Shown here piece after piece: positions 1-12,160 of a stretch of DNA of 64,000 bases; position 1 is the stretch's first letter, and each line of letters starts with the position of its first letter. Below the pieces are notes generated by a model that saw nothing but the letters and a program-made list of their open reading frames with translations, did not search any database and was not told where the DNA came from. The stretch is from positions 15,810,001-15,874,000 of the forward strand of contig NC_045138.2 of the NCBI RefSeq assembly GCF_008831285.2, in the 5' to 3' direction. Source of the DNA: Nymphaea colorata (Eukaryota). The translations under genes were made by a program, and so were the position numbers.

Positions 1-1134
1 GCCTGATTTTTTTAAAATAAAACAAACCTATATATATATATATGTGTGTGTGTGTGTGAGAGAGACGGGGAAGCTGAGAACCGGATCTAACTGCATCCTC
101 TCCTCAATGTAAAAACCATTATTACAAAATTAAATGTTTATTTACACAGTAGTGAATCTTTCTTGACACTTATTTAAAATCGAGGTTATCAAACACAGTA
201 TCATGCATGAAATGAAATTACGGACAATGGCATAAGTGGGGCAAGTAACTTAAAGTTATTGTTCTCACAACTATTTTTTCAGAAATATATTTTAAATTTT
301 TATCCAGTTCTACTGACTGTATGTCTAGTTTTTTTGTTTTCTAGGTTCCTTATGAGGTTCATCACTGTATTATATAAGAGTGCTGGGTTTTCTAAAATCA
401 ATTCTATATTAGTTCTGATATTTTCGGTTGGTTCTTTTATTGTTTTGCTACTTTCTATTGTCATCCTTTTATCTGGCACGTTTGCTTGTTGTGGATGTTC
501 TAGAATTTTTCCGATTATCCTCCCTAAGGTTTCTTGCTGCTGCTTTTCTAAATTCTTGTTTGTTCCTACTTAGAATCTTGGGTATCGTTCTAATGTACAC
601 TTTTTATGCTTGAAAAAGTAGTCTTTCTTCTTGATTTCGCAATCACTTAGTCATCTTATTAACCTCACCATATGACATCATTTCCCCGTGCAGACCTTTT
701 GCCTTAATGGGTACTCTCTGGCCTCAGTCTCTTGGTTTCTAAGAGTTCGCATTCTACTATTACTACCAATATAAAAGATACAATTCTCAACATGCAAGTT
801 CGTGCATACAAACAAACCAACTACCTAAGCATGAACATACTGAAATGAGAAAAATATCAACAAGTTTGCCTTGGGGAAGATACTAGTTTATTCCATAGAA
901 CTGAAAGCAAAGTACATAAGGACATTTTTACATACCATTACTTCAGACTCTACTCTTCTTCAGAAGCAATCATGCTCCTTACATCTACATCAGAGGGAGT
1001 ATCCTCCATATCTGGGATTTACAATATATATGTGATACTAGCATTGCAACTTTAAGCAAAAATAGCCACCCAGATTGCAAATCAAATCTGTGGAACAACC
1101 TGTTTTAGAAAAGTAGCATTGGAAAGCCTTTGTC

Positions 1135-1382
1135 AATGTAACCACATTTTTTGTTTGAATCCATAATCGTTCTTCAAAACTAGGCACTTATTCCATGATC
1201 AAAGGAATTTCTCAAATTTTCAGTAATTGGTACAATATCTGCCATAGATTTGCAAAAAATAATATGCCAAATTGTAATTAGCAGAAATTTTTCATAAAAA
1301 AATCTAAGATTGTCTATGGAAACACAAACTCAAGTCCACCAGCAATGGTTACCTCTAAGATTATCTAGAATTTGCACCAATA
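1135..1382. repeat. Dispersed ~250-bp repeat, inverted copy of 5269-5518
   Basis: ACCACATTTTTTGTTTGAATCCATAATC...GGAAACACAAACTCAAGTCCACCAGC is the reverse complement of 5269-5518 with scattered mismatches; probably a TE fragment. Confidence 0.8.
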
Positions 1383-2352
1383 AAAAGAAGTTGCCCAAGA
1401 ACGAGAGTGCTTTGATAGAGTTATATCCGAATCCGACTTTTAAGTTATATCCGAATCAAATTTATGACTTAAGACATATGTAAATCTGATTCAAATCTGA
1501 TTTATGTACGAAAGATATATAGCAAACAATAAATGAACTATGGAACCCAATTTTAACATTACACTAGCTCAAACTTGACTGTCAAACTTCAATCTTTGGT
1601 TTTGTTTTACAAAACCGAATCAATGCAAAGAGCTCTTGGTTAAGCTAATTATGTTGAGAATCAAAGCAAAACATCAACTAGTAGTTCTGCAAAACCTACC
1701 ATTAATGCAGGAGTTGGAGAGAAAGCCCTTTCTGATCATTGCAAAACCAAAAAACGGAGATAAGAAAATGTATGCTGCTATTACTATGGCCAGTACATAA
1801 GACTCACCACAGAAATGCAACCGATTAGAGGACGCAACCTAAGTCAAAGATCTTGCACATCGATGAAATGGTTACTGAAATCATGCAAGTCCCCCACCAA
1901 AGAATAAACAGTTTGTGCAAGCAACACAGACGCGACGCATTTGCGAACAAATTTAAGGACGCGAGTGAAACAAAATATTCTGGTGCAAGTCAACAATAAC
2001 ATGCCACATCAAAAAACAATTGAATAAACACTACTAGTAATGGTGTTTATTTGTTTTAGCAAGAGAAAAATTAATACTTCACATAATGCAAAAATGTTTA
2101 AAAGCCTCTTGGTATCAAGCAAATTGAGGGCAACATAACTGGAATTGGTAAGTCTGAAGGAGAAATCTAACATGAAAAAGAAGAGAATTCTTTGATTTTT
2201 TTTATAAACTAAAGGTGAAATTTGGCAGCGAAAGAGTTGGGATGTATTATGGAGCAACAGTAGTGACACCTGAGAACCAATTTGGCAGGACCAATTTGTG
2301 GATCACTTCCTCTTAAGCCCGCTACAAGCTCTGTGAAAACTTGTTACATTGA

Positions 2353-3260
2353 TGTTGAAGCATGCAAAGTATAGTAACAGAATTCCACAACGTCCACATC
2401 ACACCAAGTGCCTCCAGGACCCTAGACAAGAAAACTAGAAAAGAATCACTCTCAGGGGAAAAACTAAGACACACTAATCATCATATAAGAACGATCATTC
2501 ACGTTGACAGATACAAAAAACGAAAAAAAAAAACCATTACGTTGTCGACATGATATACAGCAGGAGGAAAAATCTGCTGAAGAACAGAGTTTCTATATCT
2601 TGGCCATGACGTGATTCAATTATTCATCGGCCCTTCAATGATTAACGCTAAGGTTTTTAGACTTGCATAGCATCTTTGGCCTGTGATGCACTTGAGAAGT
2701 AGAATTCCCACGAGGACATTAACCAAATCAAATAATTAATGCTCCCAAAAGGGCACCAACAAAAGCAAATGAATGCATAACCTAGGTGTCTTCCTGTATA
2801 AAACACACAATTAACAATGAAAACTCCATACAATATTATGGCATACGAATCCAAAAAGCACAACATGGTCCCATAAATTTAATACCTAAAACCCTTACAT
2901 GTTATTACCCAAATCCAACAACCTAAAACCCCAACATTGGCATGAATCTTATTCAATAATTAGAAACACCCAACTTGGCACTAAAAAAGTCCGACGGCAA
3001 AACCAATGCCACAAGCTTTGTTGGCAAAACTTGCAATGCAACAACCATCGCCTATCAACCCTTCAAGGAGATGAAAACCAATATGGCAGGTACGCTTGTG
3101 AGAGCACCCTTCCTCATTACGGCGGTGCCAATGCTGTAGTGCCTCAATATCTTGCTGTGAGCGGCCCTGAAGGAGGGTGGAACAAGACAGGAAGGCACAT
3201 AAGGAAGCGTAGTACACTAAAAGAAACTAGACTTAATTAAACTCGACGGCCACCTCAACA
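2353..3260. mobile_element. Possible degraded solo LTR
   Basis: Inverted termini TGTTGA...TCAACA. The flanking 5-mers (ATTGA vs TAGAC) do not match, so the call is tentative. Confidence 0.3.
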
Positions 3261-3689
3261 TAGACATGAGTACTGTTTTGCTAAAAAGTTATCTTAAATA
3301 AAAGATAAACATCCTAATATATTTATGAAAATTATTTTGATATAAAACATGTTTTGAATCTGGTTTTTTTTTATGAAAACTATCGATTTCTTTTACCAAA
3401 ATGTTGATGCTTTGAGAGCAATTCATTTTTGCTTATTATAAAACATTATTACAACAAAAAAAAAAATAATCAACATACAATATATTGTGCATCAACCTAA
3501 GATCATATTGGTAAGGTTATATTTCAAAAAAACACTTTAAATATAATATTTAAAAGGAGAATGAAGTAGACCTATGGATGAATGCCCAAAGAAGCTTGGG
3601 ATTCTCCATCATCCCCGTGAATGGTGGCGGTGCTTGGGGTGGATTTTCCATTTTATATACGTATCACCAACTTGTTGAATTCCAATTGT

Positions 3690-3880
3690 TGATAAGATTT
3701 CTTTCTTAAATGAAAGATTAATAAATTATTTTTAATCCTATATTTTTTCTTTCCAAGTTCTAATAAGATTTCTTTCTTAAATGAACAAATTCATAAATTA
3801 TGTTCTACTCTTACCATTTTATTTCCAATTTTAATAAGATTTTGTTTCTAAATGAAAATATTCATAAATTATCTTTTAGT
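3690..3880. repeat. Three degenerate ~70-bp tandem repeats
   Basis: ATAAGATTTCTTTCTTAAATGAA...ATAAATTAT recurs at ~3692, ~3764 and ~3834. Confidence 0.7.
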
Positions 3881-5268
3881 TTTACCTTTATTTACTGTTC
3901 TAGAGGGCTTAATATGATTGCCTAAGCTTTTGGTGAATAAGGTCTTCCATTATTAGCTAGCATTATATCTCTGTGGTGTAAGAATAGGGACACCAACTGA
4001 TCGGTTTCAACTCAAATATACCCTTAATCGTTTATTCTTTTGCAGATATTCACAAACTCACAATTCGAACCCAAAACCCAATTTCGTAATAATCTGAATT
4101 TTACATTTATAACCAAATCAGAAAACCGAATTTTACCAACCTTAAAAATGTAAGAGCATCGGATATGGGATGCGTGTTTAAAATAAATAATTCGATTTGA
4201 ATATGTATCTAATTGGATATTCATTTATATCTGAATCTGTATTTGAATTCAATCAGATGTCATTTCTTAAATCCAAATATGAAATGTTTTTTTAATCAAA
4301 TAGTAAATTTTCCTTCATACCCAATTTTTTTGGAATGGTTCTGTTAGACATCTGATCCAAACCAAATACACGGACAACCCTACATATGAGGTGACGCGAG
4401 GTACCTAATTGAGAGTGTTTTCGCTACGTCAAACACAGTTGCAACTATGTGCCTTATTGGCGAGGGAAAAGAAGAGGTTTTTAGTTCTCAAGCAATTAGA
4501 TTTGTGAACAGCAGCACAAGCTGTGCTTGGGAGTTGGATGGCATAGTTAGGTCAGATAAAAGTGAATCTCATTAAATTTTAATCACACACACAAATATAT
4601 AACTAATTAATTGAAAATGTTTTTCCCCACTTATATGCTAAGGAGACATTAATTTATCCACCAGAAGAAATTATCACAAATTATGATGCGGCGATTGCAT
4701 TAGACATGACCTTCTCTAACGCAAACGCACCATTCTAGGCCTGTTACCACACATATATCAAGTCGGCCCGGCCAGATAAGAGCCCATCCATCATCGTGTG
4801 GCTGATTCACATTAATAAGGACCCGAATAGCAACGGATAATGATGGAGACATGAGACACCAAATGCCTTACCAAGTACGAGCTGCAAAGGTGACATATCA
4901 TCTCGAGTGAATAGAAAGCTCAATGACCCCCTTTCCCGACTTCTGAAGTTGTGGGTTGCATCGGGGATTTGAGTGGGGTACGGGCTCTCTCGTTCTTGGC
5001 CAATTTCCTTTTATTGGGATATTTGGCATTTAGTTGAAATTGGATTCTAAATCCACCAAATTCAGAAATCCAAACACAATTCACAGACAGCCCTGTGCAT
5101 ATAAAAATGGCGACTCTGGGTACGCAATCCACATTATAATTGGAGAGATTTCATTTATTTTTGCATGGATTTGTTTTAAGGATTAGATCTACTCAAGATT
5201 TGATTTAGTTTTAACGACTCTTTTTTAGTATAGGTACACTTCGTTGCCAGTCAACATGTGAATTCCAG

Positions 5269-5518
5269 ATATTGGTGTAAAATCTAGATAATTGTAGAGG
5301 TAACCGTAGCTGGTGGACTTGAGTTTGTGTTTCCATAGACAATATTAGAATTTTTTCTGAAAAAATTCTGCTAATTACAGTTTGGTATATTATTCTTTGC
5401 AAATCCATGGCAGATACTGTTCCAATTACTGAAAATTTGAGAAATTCTTTTGATCATGAAATAAGTGCCAAGTTTTGAAGAATGATTATGGATTCAAACA
5501 AAAAATGTGGTTTCACAT
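5269..5518. repeat. Dispersed ~250-bp repeat, inverted copy of 1135-1382
   Basis: GCTGGTGGACTTGAGTTTGTGTTTCCATAGAC...GGATTCAAACAAAAAATGTGGT matches the reverse complement of 1135-1382. Confidence 0.8.
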
Positions 5519-6102
5519 CCGGATCAGCGGCTCCACCGATTGGGTGAATCGGCCGATTCACCCATTCAGCTGAATCAGTTAATTAAAGATATTAAAAAAT
5601 TTGTTCATAACTATAAACCATTTACATCCTTAATAATTTGTTTGCTTAGTAAACTGAGGTGGTGTTGGCACTCATCATTTGTAGATAAGATGATAGTTAT
5701 TAACATTTTTATTGCCTAAAAAAAAGGATGGGAATTAGAAAAGCTGCATCTCTACTGATTCACCGATTTGGTTGAATCAGCTGGGAATCATTAAAAAAGG
5801 AAAGTATTTTAAAATAGTAAACCAAAATTTTAAAATTCAAAAATAATTAAGTTTGCGTTTGATTACCGTGGATCTGAGATCCGTAGTTTTCACTTCTTGA
5901 TTTCCAAAATGAGTTTTTCCGCTTCTTAATTTCAAGATGGTTCAGATCCGAATTAGTCCTTGCAGTTAAGCGAATTAAAACCGCAATAGAAATGAGATCA
6001 ATTCAACTAAAACAAATTCAAAAAGCTTTTTAATTTTACACACACTCCCTAATACAACATCGGAAATGGGTCGTCAAGCGTACTGGACGGGATCAGATGG
6101 AT

Positions 6103-7538
6103 CTAATTAGCAGATCGGATCTTCATCTCAGCGATAATGGCAGCAGCTGAGTTGGTTGTGGGCATCCGCCCATGCAGCGCCCATCTCCTCCCTCCATTTC
6201 CCCCCCACTGCTTCCTTCACCACCTTCAGAAACCCCACATTGATCGCCTTTTAAATCGAAGAAAAAGAAAGAATAGATGTTACAAATTCAAAATCTCAGT
6301 TACAAGCGCAGCTGATGATTAATGAAGCAATTATGTGTAGCGTTTAGTTGTTGAATTTCTGCTTCCTGTAACCTTCACTGCAACCTGATCAACGTAAAAA
6401 TCTCGCCACTTGGTACTGATGATGCAGCTGTGTATCTGATTATGCTGCTTACCCCGAATTTAAGAACCGTATCCATAATCACGCCATCTTTCTTAGAACA
6501 ACATAATATTAGTTGTTTGTAAAATGAATTTAAATAAAAAATGTTCTTGAACCTGATCAGGAAACGAAAAATATCGGGGAAAAAGTTGATATTCCGTATA
6601 TCAGATTTATGACGTTCAGTAATACAAAAGAGCAGGGTAGATATACCTCAAAGTGAGACTCTTGGACACCCTTCTTAAGGTGAATGACGCCCATCTTCTT
6701 CAGCGTGCTTCCCACGGCAACAATCTTACCGCTCTGACGCAGCTGAGCAGCCGACTCACAGCTCTACTTGTTCACCAAATCGAAACAAAAAATACCAACA
6801 TGATCCGATATCAGACTCGCGGGAGAGATACAGAGAGAGTGAGATCAGGAGCAGATAGATGCTAACCATGGTTAACACTTTGACAACATGAGATGTTGGT
6901 GTATGGAATTTGATCTATACTGGACACTCATCTGCAATACCGCGGATCCAACATGAGATGTTGGTGTATGAATTTTTTCTTATATAAGGACATTTATGTC
7001 ATTTTATACAAATACAGGTTTGCCCTAATCTTTATGTTGTGAGGGGAGCCGCAGTTTTTTTTTGTGTTCTCTCTAAGAGTGTCTGTGTTCATCTGAGAGT
7101 GAATAGTGAAAGATCTGTGCGACCGTGGACGTAAGAGATTATTGTTCCGAACCACATAAATCTTTGTCTTCTTCCTTTTGCTTCTATTTTCCTTTTGAGA
7201 GTGTAAGAGGAGAGTTGTGTGTGTTGTTCCTAACTGAGGTGAGGGTTGTTCTGGTGGGTTTGGTTCGAGTCCTTAAGGAAAAGGGAATAGAACATTCCGG
7301 CCACCTCCGGCAACATCTGCCCACCTCTGGCCCCCACATTGCAGCAAAAGCGGCCGAGCCAAGCGAGTGGGTTACTTCCAATAGAAAGAAGAAGGTAGGT
7401 GGAGGAAACTGTAGGTAGCAGTAGGACTACTTACAGGGAGATCATCTTCAGCCCAAGCTCCTGCACGTTGGGCTTCATCAACTCCCACCCCTCCTTCACC
7501 AACGCCTCCTGCTCTGCGCTGAAGCTTACCGATCCCAT
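6103..7538 (-). pseudogene. Plant non-symbiotic haemoglobin (phytoglobin, class-2-like) pseudogene, 4 exons: 7538-7435, 7326-6867 (interrupted at 7234-6894), 6763-6647, 6247-6103
   Basis: Manual translation. Exon 1 MGSVSFSAEQEALVKEGWELMKPNVQELGLKMISL (104 nt, phase-2 GTAAGT donor). Exon 2 GGQMLPEVAGMFYSLFLKDSNQTHQNNPHL / SHVVKVLTM. Exon 3 SCESAAQLRQSGKIVAVGSTLKKMGVIHLKKGVQESHFE (117 nt). Exon 4 AINVGFLKVVKEAVGGKWREEMGAAWADAHNQL, then a +1 frameshift to AAAIIAEMKIRSAN*. This is the canonical 3-intron plant globin layout with GT-AG sites and both distal and proximal His present. Confidence 0.9.
6959..7234 (+). mobile_element. Solo LTR (Copia-like, ~276 bp) inserted in globin exon 2
   Basis: Starts TGTTGG and ends CCTAAC (terminal A missing). 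Flanks TGAGA/TGAGG are a 4-of-5 match to a target-site duplication. Contains CCGTGGACGTA...CCGAACCACATAAA, similar to the motif in the Copia LTRs at ~22593 and ~27084. Globin coding sequence resumes on both sides. Confidence 0.75.
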
Positions 7539-8094
7539 CGCTCCTCCTGGTTAAGTACTCTCGACTGACAAACTAAACGCTAGTGAGAAAAAGAAGGAAA
7601 AAAGTTTCGGTGCAAGAGGAAGAGGAAGAAGAGATGATGCACAACTCTGTGGTGCGTGCTCCCGAGCTACTTATTAATATAAGATGACGGATGACTGCAT
7701 CTCCTTTTACGGCATTCTTTTATTTCTATGTAGTCTTGGGCACCAAGACATATTTAGGTGGTTTCACCAGAGAGGCTCGAATTATGGTTTAAAATTTTGG
7801 TAGGGTCAAAATTTCATTTTTTCAAATTTTTTATACAAAATACATGAAATTTTTTAAAATTTGTATATAATTTTTTAATTTTTTTTTTTTTGGAAAGGGG
7901 GCTGGCAGCCCCCCTTGACTCAGACTGGATGGTAGTGTTCTCATGACATTTTGTTTGATTATATCCAAAGGCTCAATAAATTAAGATTTTTCCTATTGGG
8001 TGAAGTCATGTTAAAGATAAAAGTTGATCATTTGTCATAAAGAAGATAGCTTCATGAGAATGATTCATAGTTCTTGTAGAATCAAATTTCCAAA

Positions 8095-8600
8095 AAATAG
8101 ATAGGTTAGAATTGACGATTTTGGTTGTAGCCGTCGATCAGGAAAAAAGTGGGTTTTTATTGAAAATGGGTTCCAACAAACCCAATTTTAGTGTCACCCA
8201 AACACGAGTTAAACAATGCTTCAAAGGCATACAAACCGACATTCTTCTTGTGAAATGCTTTGATGACACACCCTCATTAAGTTTTCTCCTAAACCAAAAT
8301 TTCGGCAAGTCAAATTTGTCCAAGAACTTGATTTTCTGGTTATGTCATCAGCCTTTACCTATGATATTTAAGGCATATCTACAATTAGGTTAACATTGAA
8401 TCAGGTTCTTGGCAAATCAAGTTTTCGTAAGAACTTGGTTTTTCCTGTTCTTGGTTCAGCCTCTACTTGTGACGTCCAAAGGCCTGTTTACATTCAAATC
8501 AAAAAGACTTGGTTGGAAGCAGTAGGTTTTATTCTCAAAACGGTTCTGGCCAACCAAGATTTCCAAATAACTTGGTTTTCTTAAAAATAAACAGGTTTCA
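8095..8600. mobile_element. MITE-like non-autonomous element family (related copies at ~30050-30360 and ~53560-53730)
   Basis: Shared motifs GTGTCA(C/T)CCAAACAC, AAAACCAGGTTTTG and AACTTGGTTTT at three loci; no coding capacity. Boundaries approximate. Confidence 0.5.
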
Positions 8601-9699
8601 AATTTTCATCCATCCATGAGCCATATAGCACGTTGGACAGTCACTTGTCGGTGACTCGTATTATTAACATGTGTATCGGTTGGTTTGAGTTGGACAAAGT
8701 TTGGCGTTATGAACACCGTGTGAATGTTCAATTCATCAAACTCGTAAACAAGTGTTTCATGAATCTACCTCAATTTTGAGATACATGATATACACTTATG
8801 GTGTTTTTAATATCAAACAACTTTTTATGGGCTGTTTAGTAGCTAGAACAATTGCAAATTATTGCATGAATTTAACTATAAAAATAATGTGGTGTTTGAT
8901 GACTAGAATTATTACAAACTGTTTTATGAATCTAACTATAACAATGGACAGATTCATCAAAAAGTGTGTTTGTTGTTTGATGACTTTGTCTATTAATAGA
9001 GTTAGAATTATGGCACAATATGTAACTATTACAACTACCAAACAACATCTTAGGGTTCATCTTGTGATGAGAATAATAATAAAGTGTTCCATGAATCTGC
9101 TACAAAAAATTAAAGCATATTCATAAAACACAACATCATTTCAGAAATGTGCTTTAAAATTTGTTATTATTGCCATTGCCAAACAACCCTTTAAAACTAG
9201 CCGATAAAAGAGGTGATTCCACTCAAAGTATTTTTGAGATGAGAAATGATCTTCGCCAACAAATGTGTGATAAGGAAACCCGGCTCTTGCTTTCTAGATA
9301 GTTCTTCCGGTAAATCTGAAGCTGATCTAAAATCCATATATTGTCGGACTCACTATTTAAATCAACACTACATTTTGGCAACATAGATTTGCAAAAACTT
9401 CGGATCTGAGATGCCACAAAGAAAGAGAGAGAGAAAGAGGCCAGACCTCAAATCTGAGATAAACAAAGGCAGCTTACATTTTCCTTTGGTTATTATTTTC
9501 TTATCATATATATGATAAAAAAATCACAAAATACTGATCGAAACCCCTAGATCAGCACTCTTTGCTACCTGAGAACAGAACAAAATTCATATCATATTTA
9601 TTGCCGCTTGGAAAGCATTTTCTAGTGGAGTCCCTCAGTTGTCTCCTCTTCCATTTCGCCTTACAGAAAAGTAAGGCATGGCTTTATTCGAAACAAATA

Positions 9700-9782
9700 C
9701 CAGGAGTTGTGCGATCAAGAGGCGGCTTCCATGACTCTTTTACCAATGCCTCATGCTGTGCACTGAACTTGATCGATCCCAT
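9700..9782 (-). pseudogene. Second phytoglobin relic (exon 1 fragment)
   Basis: ATG at 9782 gives MGSIKFSAQHEALVKESW, paralogous to MGSVSFSAEQEALVKEGW at 7538; similarity is lost after that. TATAAA on the minus strand near 9889-9894. Confidence 0.75.
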
Positions 9783-10822
9783 GGTGATCCTCCTAAACAA
9801 AACTTGGAACTGAAAGGAAGAGGGCAAAGAGGTGAGCGAAAGCCAAAGGAAAGAAGGCACTGGATCTGTCTGGTCACTTCTTGGCCCTCTTTATAGGATC
9901 AAGCTCTCCGCTCTTCCCTTGGCTTCTCATGCCACGAGGGCTACGTGTGTACAAAACCATGTCCCTCCAGAGAAAAGAAAATTCAATCAGTTTACGCAAT
10001 CTAACCTTCTTCTCTCTATAGAAAATTACGCCATTGTCATTTTCTGCTTTGATTTGAAGCGAGATGAAAAAGCTAGGTATGTATCTTGGTATTGAGCATA
10101 GTTAAGCAATGACAAGGCAACCATTAATTGTCGAATATATCAGATATATCTTTCAGGACCTATATCGATCGAGCTACCATAAATAGTGTAATGCTTACAT
10201 AGTCCTGAAGAGGGACATGGTTAAAAATTTTCATTATGGAGGGTCAATCTATACTTTCAAAATTTTTACCACAGTTCGTGCAAGCAACACAGACCCAAAA
10301 CATTTGCAAACAGATTTAAGGACACCCGCAACTATCATCTTATGCAAAAGCATCTTACATGGCTTTTACAGAAAACACAACTGTCAATGAGATGAGAGGC
10401 GAATATAACAGGCCACATCTAAAAACAATTGAATAAACACTATTGGCCGGGCAGCCCGATTCGACCCGTTGAGGATTAAAAATTATTTTTTTAAAATTTT
10501 TTTGTTTTAATAATATATATTTATTATTAACAAATATATTTTATATTTAAAAAAATTATTTTATAATTTAAAAATTATTTTTATTTTTAAACGAGCTGGG
10601 CTGACCGGCCCGATCGGGCCGGACCAACTCTGAGTGCCTGTGGACGACTGGCCAGAAAGAGACTCCGGGTCGAGGTGGCACCCGATCGCAGCAAGAATAT
10701 GGTAGAACTCTTTCTGCAAGGGCGAAACTTCATGCCCAGTAAGAGTAATGACATTACCTGGTTGCTCAACATGCTTCTTGCACCTGCGACGACGGGGACT
10801 CCTTCTCGAAATGAGAGACTCA

Positions 10823-10935
10823 GGGAGGGAGACGCCGGTGGGTGGTGAGGAGGGAGACGCCGGTCATGTAATGCTTAGGGAGACGCCGGTGGGTGGTGAG
10901 GGGGGAGACGCATATAAATGTATTGCATGTAATGC
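10823..10935. repeat. Short GC-rich tandem repeat
   Basis: GGGAGACGCCGGTGGGTGGTGAGG occurs twice, with extra GGGAGACGC units and CATGTAATGCTT twice. Confidence 0.8.
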
Positions 10936-11986
10936 TTTTTGCTTTTTCCGGTTTTGTAAGTATTTGCACAACTAGGTTATTATTAACAGCAACAACACAA
11001 TCTTTTTCCCATTTATATATTTTTAATGCTTTTAGCATTTACCCAAACGAAAAAAATGTTCATCTCGAGATTACCAAACGTCAATTTTTTTTTGGGTTTT
11101 TTCCTGTTCCTGCATGTGTTTGTTTTACCAAAGAGTCATATTCGCAAGGCACGTTTGATTTCTCATAGATCACAAAAAATTGAATCTCAAATTTATAACA
11201 GTTGAAATCCACACTTGTATGAAAATTGGATTTTTACATTCATCTTTAATTTGAATTTCAAATTCACACGTAAAAGCATGGATTTGAAATGGAAGGTCTG
11301 ATTTGAAACCGTGGATCTTGATCTGAGATCACCATGGATCTCAGATCCTTGGTGATCTGAGATCACCACAGCTCTTAGTAATCAAACATGGAGGAAGAAC
11401 AGTGATAAAAAAACAATGAAAAAAAAAAAAAAGAGGAGAAGAGATGATGACTTGACTGTTAAGACGTTCTACCTAACAAATAACATAATAACATGCTTGA
11501 AGAAAAGAGAGGTGTCTTATAGTTATGTATTATGTTCATTTTAGGCTAAGTCTCACTTTTATGAGGTTTTTTTTTTTTAAGTGTAAGGGTATTTGTGTAA
11601 TTTATTATTTAACGAATTTTCTTGTCATTCAATGTTTTTCAGGCTTCAATGCCGCTCAAACAGGTACCCGGTACTCTGGTTCGAAAAAACGGGTTCAGAA
11701 CTGACCTGCCTAGGTCAGCACCATAGGGTTCTATTGGGCATGATTTTTTTTTTATATATTATTTTTCAATGAAATGTATATTATTATTAAAAATATATTA
11801 TATATTCAAAAATTAAATTTATATTTAAAAATTATAAACAAGGGTTGTAGGCTTTGTAGTTCGCCAATACTGCAACCATATAGATATCCCCCCTACCCAT
11901 ATAGATATACATACTTTTTTCACTTTAATGAAAACATTTTACACATAACCAACTTTTAGACAACCAACGTTTGAGTAGCATTAGGA

Positions 11987-12160
11987 AAAAAAACCTTTTT
12001 TTCCTTATACCCATTTGGGAAAAAGAAATTGTCAAAAAGGTGCTTAAGAAACATTAAAATTTTTTATATAAAAAAAAACTTTTTTTCCTTATACCCATTT
12101 TGGGGAAAAGAAATTGTCAAAAAGTGCTCAAGAAACATTAAATTTTTTTTTTATATAAAA
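11987..12160. repeat. ~85-bp tandem duplication
   Basis: CTTTTTT.CCTTATACCCATTT.GGGAAAAGAAATTGTCAAAA.GTGCT.AAGAAACATTAAA appears twice. Confidence 0.8.

Noticed and set aside
7261..7273. GGTTCGAGTCC, resembling a tRNA T-loop or Pol III B-box
   Set aside because: It is the antisense of globin exon 2 codons (KDSNQ); there is no cloverleaf or A-box.
8750..9126. 124-aa ORF with ~60-bp repeats that could suggest a CRISPR-like array
   Set aside because: Degenerate AT-rich repeat internal to a MITE-like sequence; eukaryotic context with no unique spacers or cas genes.
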